A stretch of DNA of 39,084 nucleotides from NCBI GenBank assembly GCA_016181465.1, contig JACOZG010000001.1, forward strand, positions 1 through 39,084. Direction: 5' to 3'. This DNA is from Candidatus Vogelbacteria bacterium. GTDB lineage: Bacteria > Patescibacteriota > Minisyncoccia > Phycocordibacterales > JACOZG01. Numbering within the stretch: the stretch's first letter is position 1; every line of letters begins with the position of its first letter. The translations under genes and the position numbers were made by a program. Below the pieces are notes generated by a model. That model was not told the origin of the DNA. It ran no database searches and saw only the letters and a list, made by a program, of their open reading frames with translations. Positions 26,732 to 35,274 of the stretch are shown piece after piece.

Positions 26732-28117
26732 CTATTTTGCTGGTTTTTCTATCAATTCTTCAACCTTTCTTTTGGCTTCCTCTAGCAATTGTTTCGCCTG
26801 CTTCTGCGCCTCGTGCGATTCACGCACCAGCTCCGCTATTCTTTGCTGGGTATCTTTTCTAACGATTGGAATTTTAAATTTTCTCAAGTTTTTTGCGTAG
26901 ATATATGGCTGTGCAAGGCCGCTTTTATCTCTCTCTGCTTGCATTCTTCCAACTACAGAGTTCAAACAAAAACCTAGAAAAATAGGATCAATTTTTGTCG
27001 CATCGGCCCTAATCAAATTTATGAAACTTCCAATTGCAATATCTTCGCTTTCCAAATAATTATGACAATACCCCAAATTAGCACCGACGGAATAATATAA
27101 AATATCGTTTTTCTTTACCAAATATGGCTTGTTCTTCTTTTCTTCAAAAAAAGATTTCGATACCCTTGGTTCATTATCAGCGGTCAAAAAGGAATAATCT
27201 ATTGATTTATCGCCGATCCATTTTTGAGAAAAAAATCTTACCTCCCCGTTTTCTGAATACGGAGGTTGAACACCGTTATTTATAAAGGTGGTCAAATCTT
27301 CCAAAAATTTCCACCCGATGGAATACTTTTCAATCTTTTCAATAACATCCTGAAATTTCGGCTGGAAGTATTCTGCGTCCATTCTGCTCGCCTTTTTGAC
27401 TTTGGACAGATTCACAACATTCCACAATTCCCCGCCTGCCTCGAAATCTTCCAATCCCAACTTCCCCAAAAGCACCTTTTCTGCTTGAGAGTAAAAATCT
27501 TCCGCTTTTCCCCTTTCCTGAAAAGCATCTGCCGCAATTTTGTCTACCTCTTGTATTTGCGCTACATTTGGACATGGAACAACAAAGGTCTTTATTTTGT
27601 CTATAAACAAATTGAGTTGCACATTGCCAGTAGACTCACGCACAGATTGAAATCTGCCGTACTTACTGTTCAAGAAGGTAGATAAAAAGTATGGGGAAAT
27701 AAGTTGATTGTTATGCAATCGGATTATTCCAACATGACGGTCAGCGTTTGCTGGAAGCATTGATTGGTCCACAACCGCGGCATTTCCTATCGTTCCAACT
27801 GATGACAAAAGTACATCTCCAATTTTTAGCGCTGTTCGTTTATTAACATTGTGTTGCTTTTCGGACATAAATTGTTCAACGCTTTCAAAATAGTTATCTT
27901 TAGGAGCTTGCGCAGAAAAACACCTGATGTTGCTGTCAGGATCATAATCAATAGATGCATGTATACCATCGGTAATAAATGCTAATTCGTCCAACAATTT
28001 TATTTTTTGTTTTCTTAACTTTTCGTTCAACAGAAGATACTCTGGCTGGTAATATTCCGCATCCAGCCGCTTCGCGCCTTCGAGTTGAGATTTTTGGATT
28101 GTTGAAAAAACAGCCAT
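26732..28117 (-). CDS. Restriction-modification specificity (S) subunit
   Basis: Two TRD-like halves, each opened by R(L/M)DAEY(Y/F)QP, with helical spacers. Confidence 0.88.
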   Translation of the reverse strand: MAVFSTIQKSQLEGAKRLDAEYYQPEYLLLNEKLRKQKIKLLDELAFITDGIHASIDYDPDSNIRCFSAQAPKDNYFESVEQFMSEKQHNVNKRTALKIGDVLLSSVGTIGNAAVVDQSMLPANADRHVGIIRLHNNQLISPYFLSTFLNSKYGRFQSVRESTGNVQLNLFIDKIKTFVVPCPNVAQIQEVDKIAADAFQERGKAEDFYSQAEKVLLGKLGLEDFEAGGELWNVVNLSKVKKASRMDAEYFQPKFQDVIEKIEKYSIGWKFLEDLTTFINNGVQPPYSENGEVRFFSQKWIGDKSIDYSFLTADNEPRVSKSFFEEKKNKPYLVKKNDILYYSVGANLGYCHNYLESEDIAIGSFINLIRADATKIDPIFLGFCLNSVVGRMQAERDKSGLAQPYIYAKNLRKFKIPIVRKDTQQRIAELVRESHEAQKQAKQLLEEAKRKVEELIEKPAK

Positions 28118-28119
28118 GG

Positions 28120-28755
28120 TTAATGGAGGTCGTCGGAAATCTGAATAAGCCCTGCTTTTAGTAAAATCTTTGTTGTGTTTTGTATAACGCTATAAATCAC
28201 CTTAACATTCATATCGGCTTTGGCCGTGGTATCAATTGATTCTCCATAAAAATGCGCGGGAGTGTGACGATAATTTCTCAAAAAACTTTTCATTTCTTTG
28301 ATCCTGTCCTTAACGTCTCGTTTCTCGTAAGTTGTCAACTTAGCTGTGGCATCCGCCTTCTTCTCAAGTTCCTTCAGCAACTTATCAACGTGTTTATCAA
28401 TTTTCTCTTCATCAAAATAATAAGCTCCTGCTGTATCGTTGTTTCCTGAAGACGGTAAAGCTAAGTCTTTGGCAACCTGAAAAAGAAAACCTTCTAGCGC
28501 TTTATATGCAGGCGCGGTCGCAAACGAATAATCATTAAAATATAGATCTCCTCGGTCGCGCAAAACTTTGTGGATACACATGGAATCCATAAGGTGGTTT
28601 AGTACTTTCTCGCTCAGGTAGAAAAGGACCGTTTGATCGAAAGTGCTGTCAAGACTGTCTCTCTGCTGATGGCCGCGAGCCCTTCCGAACACTTCCTCTT
28701 GGCTCCAATCTTTGCCAGATGGCAAGCGCTGATTCAATCGATAATATTTACTCAT
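28120..28755 (-). CDS. Putative HEPN ribonuclease resembling the RnlA/LsoA C-terminal domain
   Basis: DYSFATAPAYKALEGFL and an Rx4H motif (RHTPAH) in a helical protein. Confidence 0.6.
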   Translation of the reverse strand: MSKYYRLNQRLPSGKDWSQEEVFGRARGHQQRDSLDSTFDQTVLFYLSEKVLNHLMDSMCIHKVLRDRGDLYFNDYSFATAPAYKALEGFLFQVAKDLALPSSGNNDTAGAYYFDEEKIDKHVDKLLKELEKKADATAKLTTYEKRDVKDRIKEMKSFLRNYRHTPAHFYGESIDTTAKADMNVKVIYSVIQNTTKILLKAGLIQISDDLH

Positions 28756-29306
28756 ACAGTTATTAGTTTTGCTCCATCTTCCACTATTTTTTGATCGATC
28801 TGCGTGACGAGTCCCAAGTCTTGAGCCGCTACTGAACCTAGCACAGCTCCACCGCGCATCAATTTTTGGATTTCCTCGATTTCCTTTTTACATGTTTCTG
28901 CTATAACTTTCGCAATATTTTGTCTATCGATCCGCAGTCCTTCGACCCACTCAACCAATGTTGTCTCCGATAAATTGAGGGGTTGGGAAGTATTTCTAGA
29001 GATATCGTGAATTATGAATCTAGCATTAGGTACACTGATTCTTTTAGTACCCGCGCAAAAAATTACCGCAGCTATGGAGTCTACACTACCGAAATTTACG
29101 GTTTCTATTTCTTCCACCGGAATACCTTTAAGGTAGTTAAAAACACTCAAGCCAGGGTCCACAAATCCTCCAGGAGAAGAGACTAGAATGCGGAAACGCT
29201 TTACACCTTCTCGAAATTCTCTTTCAACACACTGAATCAACGCTTCGGCGGACTGATTGTCCACCTGCTTCATAAAACGAATGGTGGTTTTTTGATTCGC
29301 GGGCAT
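28752..29306 (-). CDS. ClpP-like (S14) serine protease
   Basis: SSPGGFV, GSVDSIAAVIF (Ser), KR..PNARFIIH (His) and A.DLGLV. ATG 29306 lies 7 nt after the upstream stop. Confidence 0.85.
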   Translation of the reverse strand: MPANQKTTIRFMKQVDNQSAEALIQCVEREFREGVKRFRILVSSPGGFVDPGLSVFNYLKGIPVEEIETVNFGSVDSIAAVIFCAGTKRISVPNARFIIHDISRNTSQPLNLSETTLVEWVEGLRIDRQNIAKVIAETCKKEIEEIQKLMRGGAVLGSVAAQDLGLVTQIDQKIVEDGAKLITV

Positions 29307-29313
29307 ATGACGT

Positions 29314-31266
29314 TTAGAGATTAAGTTTCTGTTCCTTTGCAAACTTCGCGAAGCCTTCTGCGATGGCGTCGAGGTCGTGGTCGAGCACTTTGCGACCTTT
29401 GCCGTCATGAACGTAATTTCCGTTTCGATCCTTTTTGTAGACATAATCTCCGGAATTATCTTTACCACCTTTTTTCGACACGGCCATAAAAATTGGATAG
29501 TCGACTTGTGATTCACCAGCCTCCTTCCCCCATTTTTGCAAGAACAGGACGCTGGTCTTTACGCCGGCGTGAGGTTTAAAAGTATTTCCATGCAATCCGA
29601 CTACAGCTAAAATTCTAGCTTTATCAAATAAATAATCTCGAATGTATTCTGCTTGTGTGTTATTCAAAATACCTTGCGGCAAAACAATCGCCATTCGCCC
29701 GCCGGGTCGAAGCATATCAAGTGCCCGTTCAATAAAAAGAATATGCCGCTCGACATTATTGCGGAGCTTACCGCTTTCCTTTTTTGCCAACTCATACTGA
29801 CGCAAAAGTCCTTGTTCCGGATTTTCCCCGGCAAAGGGCGGATTGGTCAACAGAATATCAAAATTCAGATGCCGATAGGTCAGATAATTTTCTTTATCGC
29901 TCTCGTTATTATCAAGAGTTTGCAGTAAAGATTTAAGCGCCACACGCGCCTCCTCGGCCTCCGTGCCCGTCCACTCCCGAGCGTCCAGTGAATCCCGCTT
30001 GAAAATGTGGTGCTTGCCGTCGCCGGCAATAAGCATGAGCGCCTGCGATATCCGGCGCATATTGTTATCAAAGTCAGTACCGAAAAGGTGTTTGGCCGCA
30101 TAGGCCTTTTTTGCTGGCTCGCTTTTAAGAAAATGATCCCAAACATGATACATCGTATGAAGCAGGAATCCGCCGGAGCCGCAGGCGGGATCTATCACAT
30201 ACTCGTCTTCTTTCGGACCGAGCATTTTAACGCACATTTTAACAACATGGCGCGGTGTGAAATACTGACCTCTGTTTCCTCTTGAAACCTCGGTAATAAG
30301 ATGCTCAAACGCCGCGTCAATAATTTCGTATTCTCCCTGCCCCAACTCAAACAATCGAATATCTTCCATAAACGGAACACAGATGTTAAGACGAGACGCG
30401 GTGAGCTTGATGTGGTCAGAAAGCTCGAATGTATCGGGCCACTCTTTGATTGCGTCCTTAAAAAGTCCGTTAACAACTTCATAGGTTTTCTCCGGATCTT
30501 TATATCTCCTAAACAAGATCTCTTTATTTCCTCTTTTATGGATGGCTAACTGCTCATCATAGAGCTTGGCGTAAATGAGCTTGAAAATTTCCTCAAACAC
30601 ATTCTCGCCGGAACCAGCCAGCGCTAGTTCCTCTATCCGTTTTACAATCTTAATGAAATCAAATTTGGGAGTTAAATCATTCCAGGTCTTTTTAATTTCA
30701 AACAGATCGTCCACAGTCTGATCAGCCGTGGGAATCTCGCTCAACGACTCATACTCCCGCGGATATGGGCGGTACAAAATTACTTTATCTGTGCCGTTTG
30801 ACCAAACGCCAATCTCCGAACCCTCGGCGCTTAAATATGCCTTTAATTGTTCCTGCCCCTTCTTTTCGCTTGGCGCTTTGACCTCAATAATAATATACGG
30901 CGTTATCTTATCTTTTTTGTAAACAACAATATCTGCCGCCTTAGCGTGAATTTCCCGTCCGAAATGAACACTCTTTTCCGTTTCCATCCGTTCCAGTGGA
31001 TATTTATAGTGAGTATAGAGTTTATGGAGCCAAAGCTGGCGAACGATTTCTTCCGGCTTCCCTATATTTTTCTTCGCGTCAAAAACCAAACGCTTTTTGT
31101 CACTCTTCAGATCGGTAATGAAAAAGCGATTCGGTTCGTCCTCGGTGATTTTAAGTGCTGTTTCGAATACCACATTTTCAAATTCCTTGAGCCCGTAGAG
31201 CAGTTCGTTGTCCTTAAAAATTTTCCCGATTATTTCTCCAGCTTTGTTTAGTTTTTTGGTAGGCAT
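29314..31266 (-). CDS. Fused restriction endonuclease / N6-adenine methyltransferase (Type IIG/IIB-like)
   Basis: N-terminal PEEIVRQ..ADIVV..IEVK nuclease motif, GQYFTPR, DPACGSGGFL and NPPF. Confidence 0.92.
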   Translation of the reverse strand: MPTKKLNKAGEIIGKIFKDNELLYGLKEFENVVFETALKITEDEPNRFFITDLKSDKKRLVFDAKKNIGKPEEIVRQLWLHKLYTHYKYPLERMETEKSVHFGREIHAKAADIVVYKKDKITPYIIIEVKAPSEKKGQEQLKAYLSAEGSEIGVWSNGTDKVILYRPYPREYESLSEIPTADQTVDDLFEIKKTWNDLTPKFDFIKIVKRIEELALAGSGENVFEEIFKLIYAKLYDEQLAIHKRGNKEILFRRYKDPEKTYEVVNGLFKDAIKEWPDTFELSDHIKLTASRLNICVPFMEDIRLFELGQGEYEIIDAAFEHLITEVSRGNRGQYFTPRHVVKMCVKMLGPKEDEYVIDPACGSGGFLLHTMYHVWDHFLKSEPAKKAYAAKHLFGTDFDNNMRRISQALMLIAGDGKHHIFKRDSLDAREWTGTEAEEARVALKSLLQTLDNNESDKENYLTYRHLNFDILLTNPPFAGENPEQGLLRQYELAKKESGKLRNNVERHILFIERALDMLRPGGRMAIVLPQGILNNTQAEYIRDYLFDKARILAVVGLHGNTFKPHAGVKTSVLFLQKWGKEAGESQVDYPIFMAVSKKGGKDNSGDYVYKKDRNGNYVHDGKGRKVLDHDLDAIAEGFAKFAKEQKLNL

Positions 31267-31267
31267 A

Positions 31268-31903
31268 TTATTTTATCGGTTGCCAATAATTGTTTTTAAG
31301 GATTGAAATTATTTTTCCTTTCAACTCCATCTCGTGGGTAAAAGGGATAAGTTGATATTTTGGATTTTCCGGCTTGAGATACACGTACGGCGGTTTGTCA
31401 TCGGACATAAATCGCTTGATCGTGCCTTCGTCGCCAATTTGAGCATAGACAATTTCGCCGGACACAAATTCCTTTTTAGTTTGAACCAACACCGCATCGC
31501 CATCATCAATGCCCGCATTGATCATTGAGTCGCCTGAAACTTTTAGCATAAACACTTCTTCGATTAATCTGGAAACTTCTTGAGAAACGGGTCGCCACTC
31601 GCCGGAAATTTCGATGGCTTCGGCGGGCATACCCGCCGTCGTTACGCCGAGGATTAGAACGAGCGGCGGCAAGTTAAGCAATTTGTAGCCGAGGGGCAAG
31701 ATTGCCAGAGTTCTTGCCCCCGTCTCTTTTTTAACGATTTTTAACTGCCTTAATTTTTCAAGCAGGTCCGCGACTGACTGATTGGAAGAGACACCGAGAT
31801 TCTCTCGCATTTCTGCAAAAGTTGGCGGATAGCCAGATGATTTGATAAAATCATAAATTACCCCAAGAAGTTGTTTTTGCCTTGCCGTTATTAACTTTTC
31901 CAT
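31268..31903 (-). CDS. lexA: LexA-family repressor with S24 autoprotease
   Basis: TARQ..GYPPT..E HTH, Ala-Gly cleavage site (TAGMP), GDSM Ser and TIKR Lys. Confidence 0.9.
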   Translation of the reverse strand: MEKLITARQKQLLGVIYDFIKSSGYPPTFAEMRENLGVSSNQSVADLLEKLRQLKIVKKETGARTLAILPLGYKLLNLPPLVLILGVTTAGMPAEAIEISGEWRPVSQEVSRLIEEVFMLKVSGDSMINAGIDDGDAVLVQTKKEFVSGEIVYAQIGDEGTIKRFMSDDKPPYVYLKPENPKYQLIPFTHEMELKGKIISILKNNYWQPIK

Positions 31904-31909
31904 ACTTCA

Positions 31910-31937
31910 ATCATACCCGACTATTTATTCGGGTCAA
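31910..31937 (-). promoter_or_regulatory. Promoter with overlapping inverted-repeat operator
   Basis: TTGACC-16 bp-TATGAT, 6 nt before the ATG; ACCCGA-N8-TCGGGT at 31915-31934. Confidence 0.75.
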
Positions 31938-31972
31938 TAATCTTTAGGCCTAAATTGTGGATAAGTGACGAA

Positions 31973-32953
31973 TTACCTCAAACTTACCCCCACCGCCCGG
32001 CGCACCGTCTCCATCTTCGCGCTCGCTCGCGCTCGCGCCTTTTCACTGCCGTGGCGCAAGATTTCCACCACGCGGCCGGGGTCGGTGGCGATCCCCCGCC
32101 GCTTCTCCCGCAAGGGCGCGAGATACTCGTTCATATTATTGAATAAGATCTCTTTTGATTCACGATAGCCGATTTCGCCGTTCACATAGCGGCGCTTCAA
32201 GTCCGACAAATCTTTGGCGCTGAAAAATCGGTGCAAAGCAAAAACATTGCACTCCTCGGGATTTTTCGGCTCTTTCTCCCCTTTTGAATCAGTGACAATG
32301 CTCATCACCAATTGCTTCAATTCTCGTTCATCGGCAAAAAGCGGAATGGTGTTGCGATAACTTTTAGACATTTTTTGACCGTCAAGACCGATGACGGTTT
32401 TCACTTGATCGAAAACCAATGCTTCCGGCAATTTGAAAATCTCGCCGAAAGCGCGATTGAATTTTTCGGCCGTGTCGCGCGCGATCTCCACATGCTGTTT
32501 TTGATCAAGGCCGACGGGCACAACATCGGCATCGTAAAGCAAGATGTCCGCGGCCATGAGCAGAGGATAAGTAAAGACGCCGACATTGACCTCTTTGTTT
32601 TTCGCCAGCGCGTCTTTGTAGGCATGGGCCCGAGCTAAATACGGCATGGTCGTCAAACAATTGAAAATCCAGGCGAGTTCCGTATGCTCGGGCACGGCTG
32701 ATTGCTGAAAGATCACGACTTTTTCCGGATCAAGTCCGATCGCCAGATAATCAATCGCCACATCTAAAATATCTTGCCGTAAGACCGTAGCGTCCGCGGT
32801 GCTCGTCAGCGCGTGGTAGTCGGCAATCATAATAAACGATTCGTATTCGTCCTGGAGATCGACAAATTGTTTCAACGCGCCGAAATAATTGCCAATATGC
32901 GGTCGGCCAGTGGGCTTAACGCCGGAGAGAAGAATTTTTTGCGGATTGGACAT
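31973..32953 (-). CDS. trpS: Tryptophan--tRNA ligase
   Basis: SGVKPTG.PHIGNY, YPLLMAADIL, VPVGLDQ and KMSKS. Confidence 0.97.
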   Translation of the reverse strand: MSNPQKILLSGVKPTGRPHIGNYFGALKQFVDLQDEYESFIMIADYHALTSTADATVLRQDILDVAIDYLAIGLDPEKVVIFQQSAVPEHTELAWIFNCLTTMPYLARAHAYKDALAKNKEVNVGVFTYPLLMAADILLYDADVVPVGLDQKQHVEIARDTAEKFNRAFGEIFKLPEALVFDQVKTVIGLDGQKMSKSYRNTIPLFADERELKQLVMSIVTDSKGEKEPKNPEECNVFALHRFFSAKDLSDLKRRYVNGEIGYRESKEILFNNMNEYLAPLREKRRGIATDPGRVVEILRHGSEKARARASAKMETVRRAVGVSLR

Positions 32954-32989
32954 CAACCAATCATAACAATTTAATTAGTAAATCAAAAT

Positions 32990-33018
32990 TTGACAGATTA
33001 TTGAGTTTCTGCTAGCAT
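32990..33018 (+). promoter_or_regulatory. Sigma70-like promoter
   Basis: TTGACA-17 bp-TAGCAT with an extended TG. Confidence 0.65.
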
Positions 33019-33050
33019 TACATATAGTTGCTTAACCATTGTGGTTAAGC

Positions 33051-33070
33051 CCTGCCTGGCGGCAGGCAGG
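33051..33070. repeat. GC-rich palindrome CCTGCCTGGCGGCAGGCAGG
   Basis: 8-bp inverted arms; a degenerate relative lies at 3456-3480. Confidence 0.75.
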
Positions 33071-33104
33071 CGTTTTTTGGCCCTTTGTCAAAGGAGACAA
33101 AGCA

Positions 33105-33840
33105 ATGAAGTGGAAGAAAACATTGGGAGTGGCGGTTGTGGTGGCGATGGTCGGGTGGTGGGGATCGGCCAAGGCCGGTCCGGTGGTGGATCAACATTAG
33201 CGAGTCGAGCAGTTTCACCAACAGCTCTCCAACGCAAGGGCAAGCCCAAGGGAGCTTCGGCGGTCAGTTCGTGGCCACCGACTTGCAGTCTTCGTTGTCG
33301 ATTTGGTTGAATCCAGATCCGCAACCCGGAAACCTCGGGCAGTTCAGCTTCTCAAGCTCGGCCAACGGATTTATCCCAGAACCGGGTCAGAACTTGGACG
33401 CGTTCCTCAACAACCAACTCAATACGAACAGCTCGCTTCGGATTAACCAGGTGACAACAGAACCAAGCCCGGACGGCGATTACATCAATTACATTTTCAA
33501 TCCGGAGCTCTCCCTGTACGGCAACGGCAGTTCGAAGTTGTACCAATTCCCGGACACACCGCCGCTTTGGAGCAACTTCTACAGTAACGTTTACGTTGAA
33601 GGCGGAATGGTGACTAACATCTCGACTGACATCGAGCGCAACATCTGGTCCGGGGACGGCGCGCCACCGCCGTGGTTGAGCGATCTGCGCCTCAACTTCT
33701 ACGCGAGCGGCGTGATTACGGCGGGAAACTTTACCATCGTCCCCGAGCCGGCATCACTAGCGCTCTTGAGCGCTGGTGGAGTCGCGATGATCTACCGCAA
33801 ACGTCGTCTCTCGCGCCTCCGACTCAACCCGATCGGCTAA
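33105..33840 (+). pseudogene. PEP-CTERM sorting-domain protein, frameshifted after the signal peptide
   Basis: AAGGAG and ATG 33105 give a signal peptide that stops at TAG 33198-33200. The +1 frame ends in VPEPASLALLSAGGVAMIYRKRR. Confidence 0.8.
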
Positions 33841-33877
33841 TCGGCCAATTGGTCTGATTCGCCGCCGCGGAACTCTC

Positions 33878-33929
33878 CCGCCGTCAATTGTGCAACACTC
33901 GGTGTTGAACACAGTTGACGGCGGTTTTT
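33878..33929 (+). terminator. Intrinsic terminator
   Basis: CCGCCGTCAA...TTGACGGCGG long stem followed by T5. Confidence 0.75.
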
Positions 33930-34022
33930 GTTTCTATGAGGTAGTATTGCGGAAAAAGTTCTTGTCTCTTATCCTTCTTTTAGAGTTGATTAACCCTGGT
34001 CCTTTTGTAAAGGAGACTTCCA

Positions 34023-34325
34023 ATGACGATGAGACGGGTGTTGGTGATCTTATCCAGTTTGGCGATCGCCGGTTGCGGTTCGGGAATCGGACAGCCGACG
34101 GCGGCGGATGAGTGGAGCCGTATTGTCACCGATTGCCGCGAGGTCGGCACCGAAGCCGACCTCTGGCGATTGAGAAATACGGTGCGAGAAACACGGAGTT
34201 ATGGCTACTCGCGAGATGAGGTGGCAGGCGTGGCCTATAATGGCTGCAACCAGGGTTGCTGGGACTACCGCTGCATCGCCACCTGTTCTGATTGTGTTCG
34301 GGCGATTGTTGATCTGGAATATTGA
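34023..34325 (+). CDS. Cys-rich putative lipoprotein, orphan
   Basis: AAGGAG RBS, lipobox IAGC, C-terminal CxxxCxxxxCxxxCxxC. Confidence 0.75.
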   Translation: MTMRRVLVILSSLAIAGCGSGIGQPTAADEWSRIVTDCREVGTEADLWRLRNTVRETRSYGYSRDEVAGVAYNGCNQGCWDYRCIATCSDCVRAIVDLEY

Positions 34326-34339
34326 GAGTCAAAAGTGAG

Positions 34340-34383
34340 AAAACGCCCCGCCCCTCGAGTTGCCTCGGGGCGGGGCGTTTTTT
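34340..34383. terminator. Bidirectional terminator
   Basis: AAAACGCCCCGCCCC/GGGGCGGGGCGTTTT between convergent ORFs. Confidence 0.85.
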
Positions 34384-34399
34384 AACACTCCCGACACTA

Positions 34400-34795
34400 T
34401 TACCGGCGTCCGGCCAGAAGGGTTTGCCGGGTGAGCGCCGCGTGGATCCGGGTGATTGTTTGGTTGAGAGCCATCCGCTGGGCCTGACCAATGGCGCTTG
34501 AAGCGTAATCGGCCTTGGTCTTGGTTTTACCCCAAGTGGTTCGCACGGTGGTGGTGCCGATGGCCGTAAAACTGCCCTCGGCGGTAAAAGAATCCAGCAG
34601 GCGTCCGGTCGTCGGTTCAACGATCTGCACCTCCAACCCGACCATCCCCAAATGTTTGGTTTCGCTCGCCGAGCGAGTGCCGTGCGCGTAAGCGGCGTAA
34701 TCAATGACGATTACATTGCCCACTCTCTGCAACGCGGAAACAAGTTGCGCCGCCACGCCCGGACCAATCTGTTCGCCCGGGTTCAATATCGGCAC
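34400..34795 (-). pseudogene. CsgG/HfaB-like protein fragment
   Basis: GPGVAAQLVSAL..VG.V.VID and VGLEVQIVEPTTGRLL.SFTAEG. No signal peptide or clear start, and the middle part seems missing. Confidence 0.5.
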
Positions 34796-34845
34796 GACGG
34801 GCGGCGAGACAGGCGCGATCGGCTGAATCGCGCCCGCGTTTTCGA

Positions 34846-35031
34846 TTACTTTTTCAAAAATTCTTCTGTCGACACGCCAACCTGGTCAATAATTGAATCG
34901 AGCGTTCCAACTTTGATTTCCTTATGATGGGGCACCACACAAGTCCTTTTGAGATTTTCGCTCCACCAGATTTCGTGTGTCCCCTTGGTATGTCGTCGAA
35001 AGGCAAAACCGAACTTTCTTAATTTCTTAAT
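34846..35031 (-). CDS. hicA: HicA family mRNA interferase lacking a canonical start codon
   Basis: IKKLRKFGFAFRRHTKGTHEIW....TCVVPHHKEIKVGTLDSII; not in the supplied ORF track. Confidence 0.8.
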   Translation of the reverse strand: MKKLRKFGFAFRRHTKGTHEIWWSENLKRTCVVPHHKEIKVGTLDSIIDQVGVSTEEFLKK

Positions 35032-35234
35032 ACTGGCTCTTTCGACAACAGGGGGATAGTTAAGTCCTCCTCAAGATAGATTTCGATGAGAGTGTTGGCG
35101 ACAGCATAAAGCTCTTGGAGCGCTTCCCCAACAGTATCGCCTTGAGCATAACAGTCCTTCCACGTCGGGCAGAGCGCTAAATAACCGCCGTCTCCTTCCT
35201 TCTGAACTTTGATTGTCAATTCATATATCTTCAT
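35019..35234 (-). CDS. hicB: HicB family antitoxin
   Basis: MKIYEL..EGDGGYLALCP.W.DCYAQGDTVGEAL. Confidence 0.88.
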   Translation of the reverse strand: MKIYELTIKVQKEGDGGYLALCPTWKDCYAQGDTVGEALQELYAVANTLIEIYLEEDLTIPLLSKEPVLRN

Positions 35235-35274
35235 ACTGAAAATAATAACAAACCCGCCCTTATCTTGCAACTTG

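Noticed and set aside
29307-29516. N-terminal extension of the ClpP-like ORF
   Set aside because: It overlaps the methyltransferase 3' end; ATG 29306 is the more plausible start.
26732-31266. Classical Type I RM system
   Set aside because: No helicase-containing HsdR; the nuclease is fused to the methyltransferase.
31956-31964. DnaA box TGTGGATAA (variants near 24578 and 9806) as oriC
   Set aside because: Isolated boxes with no cluster, no unwinding element and no dnaA/dnaN nearby.
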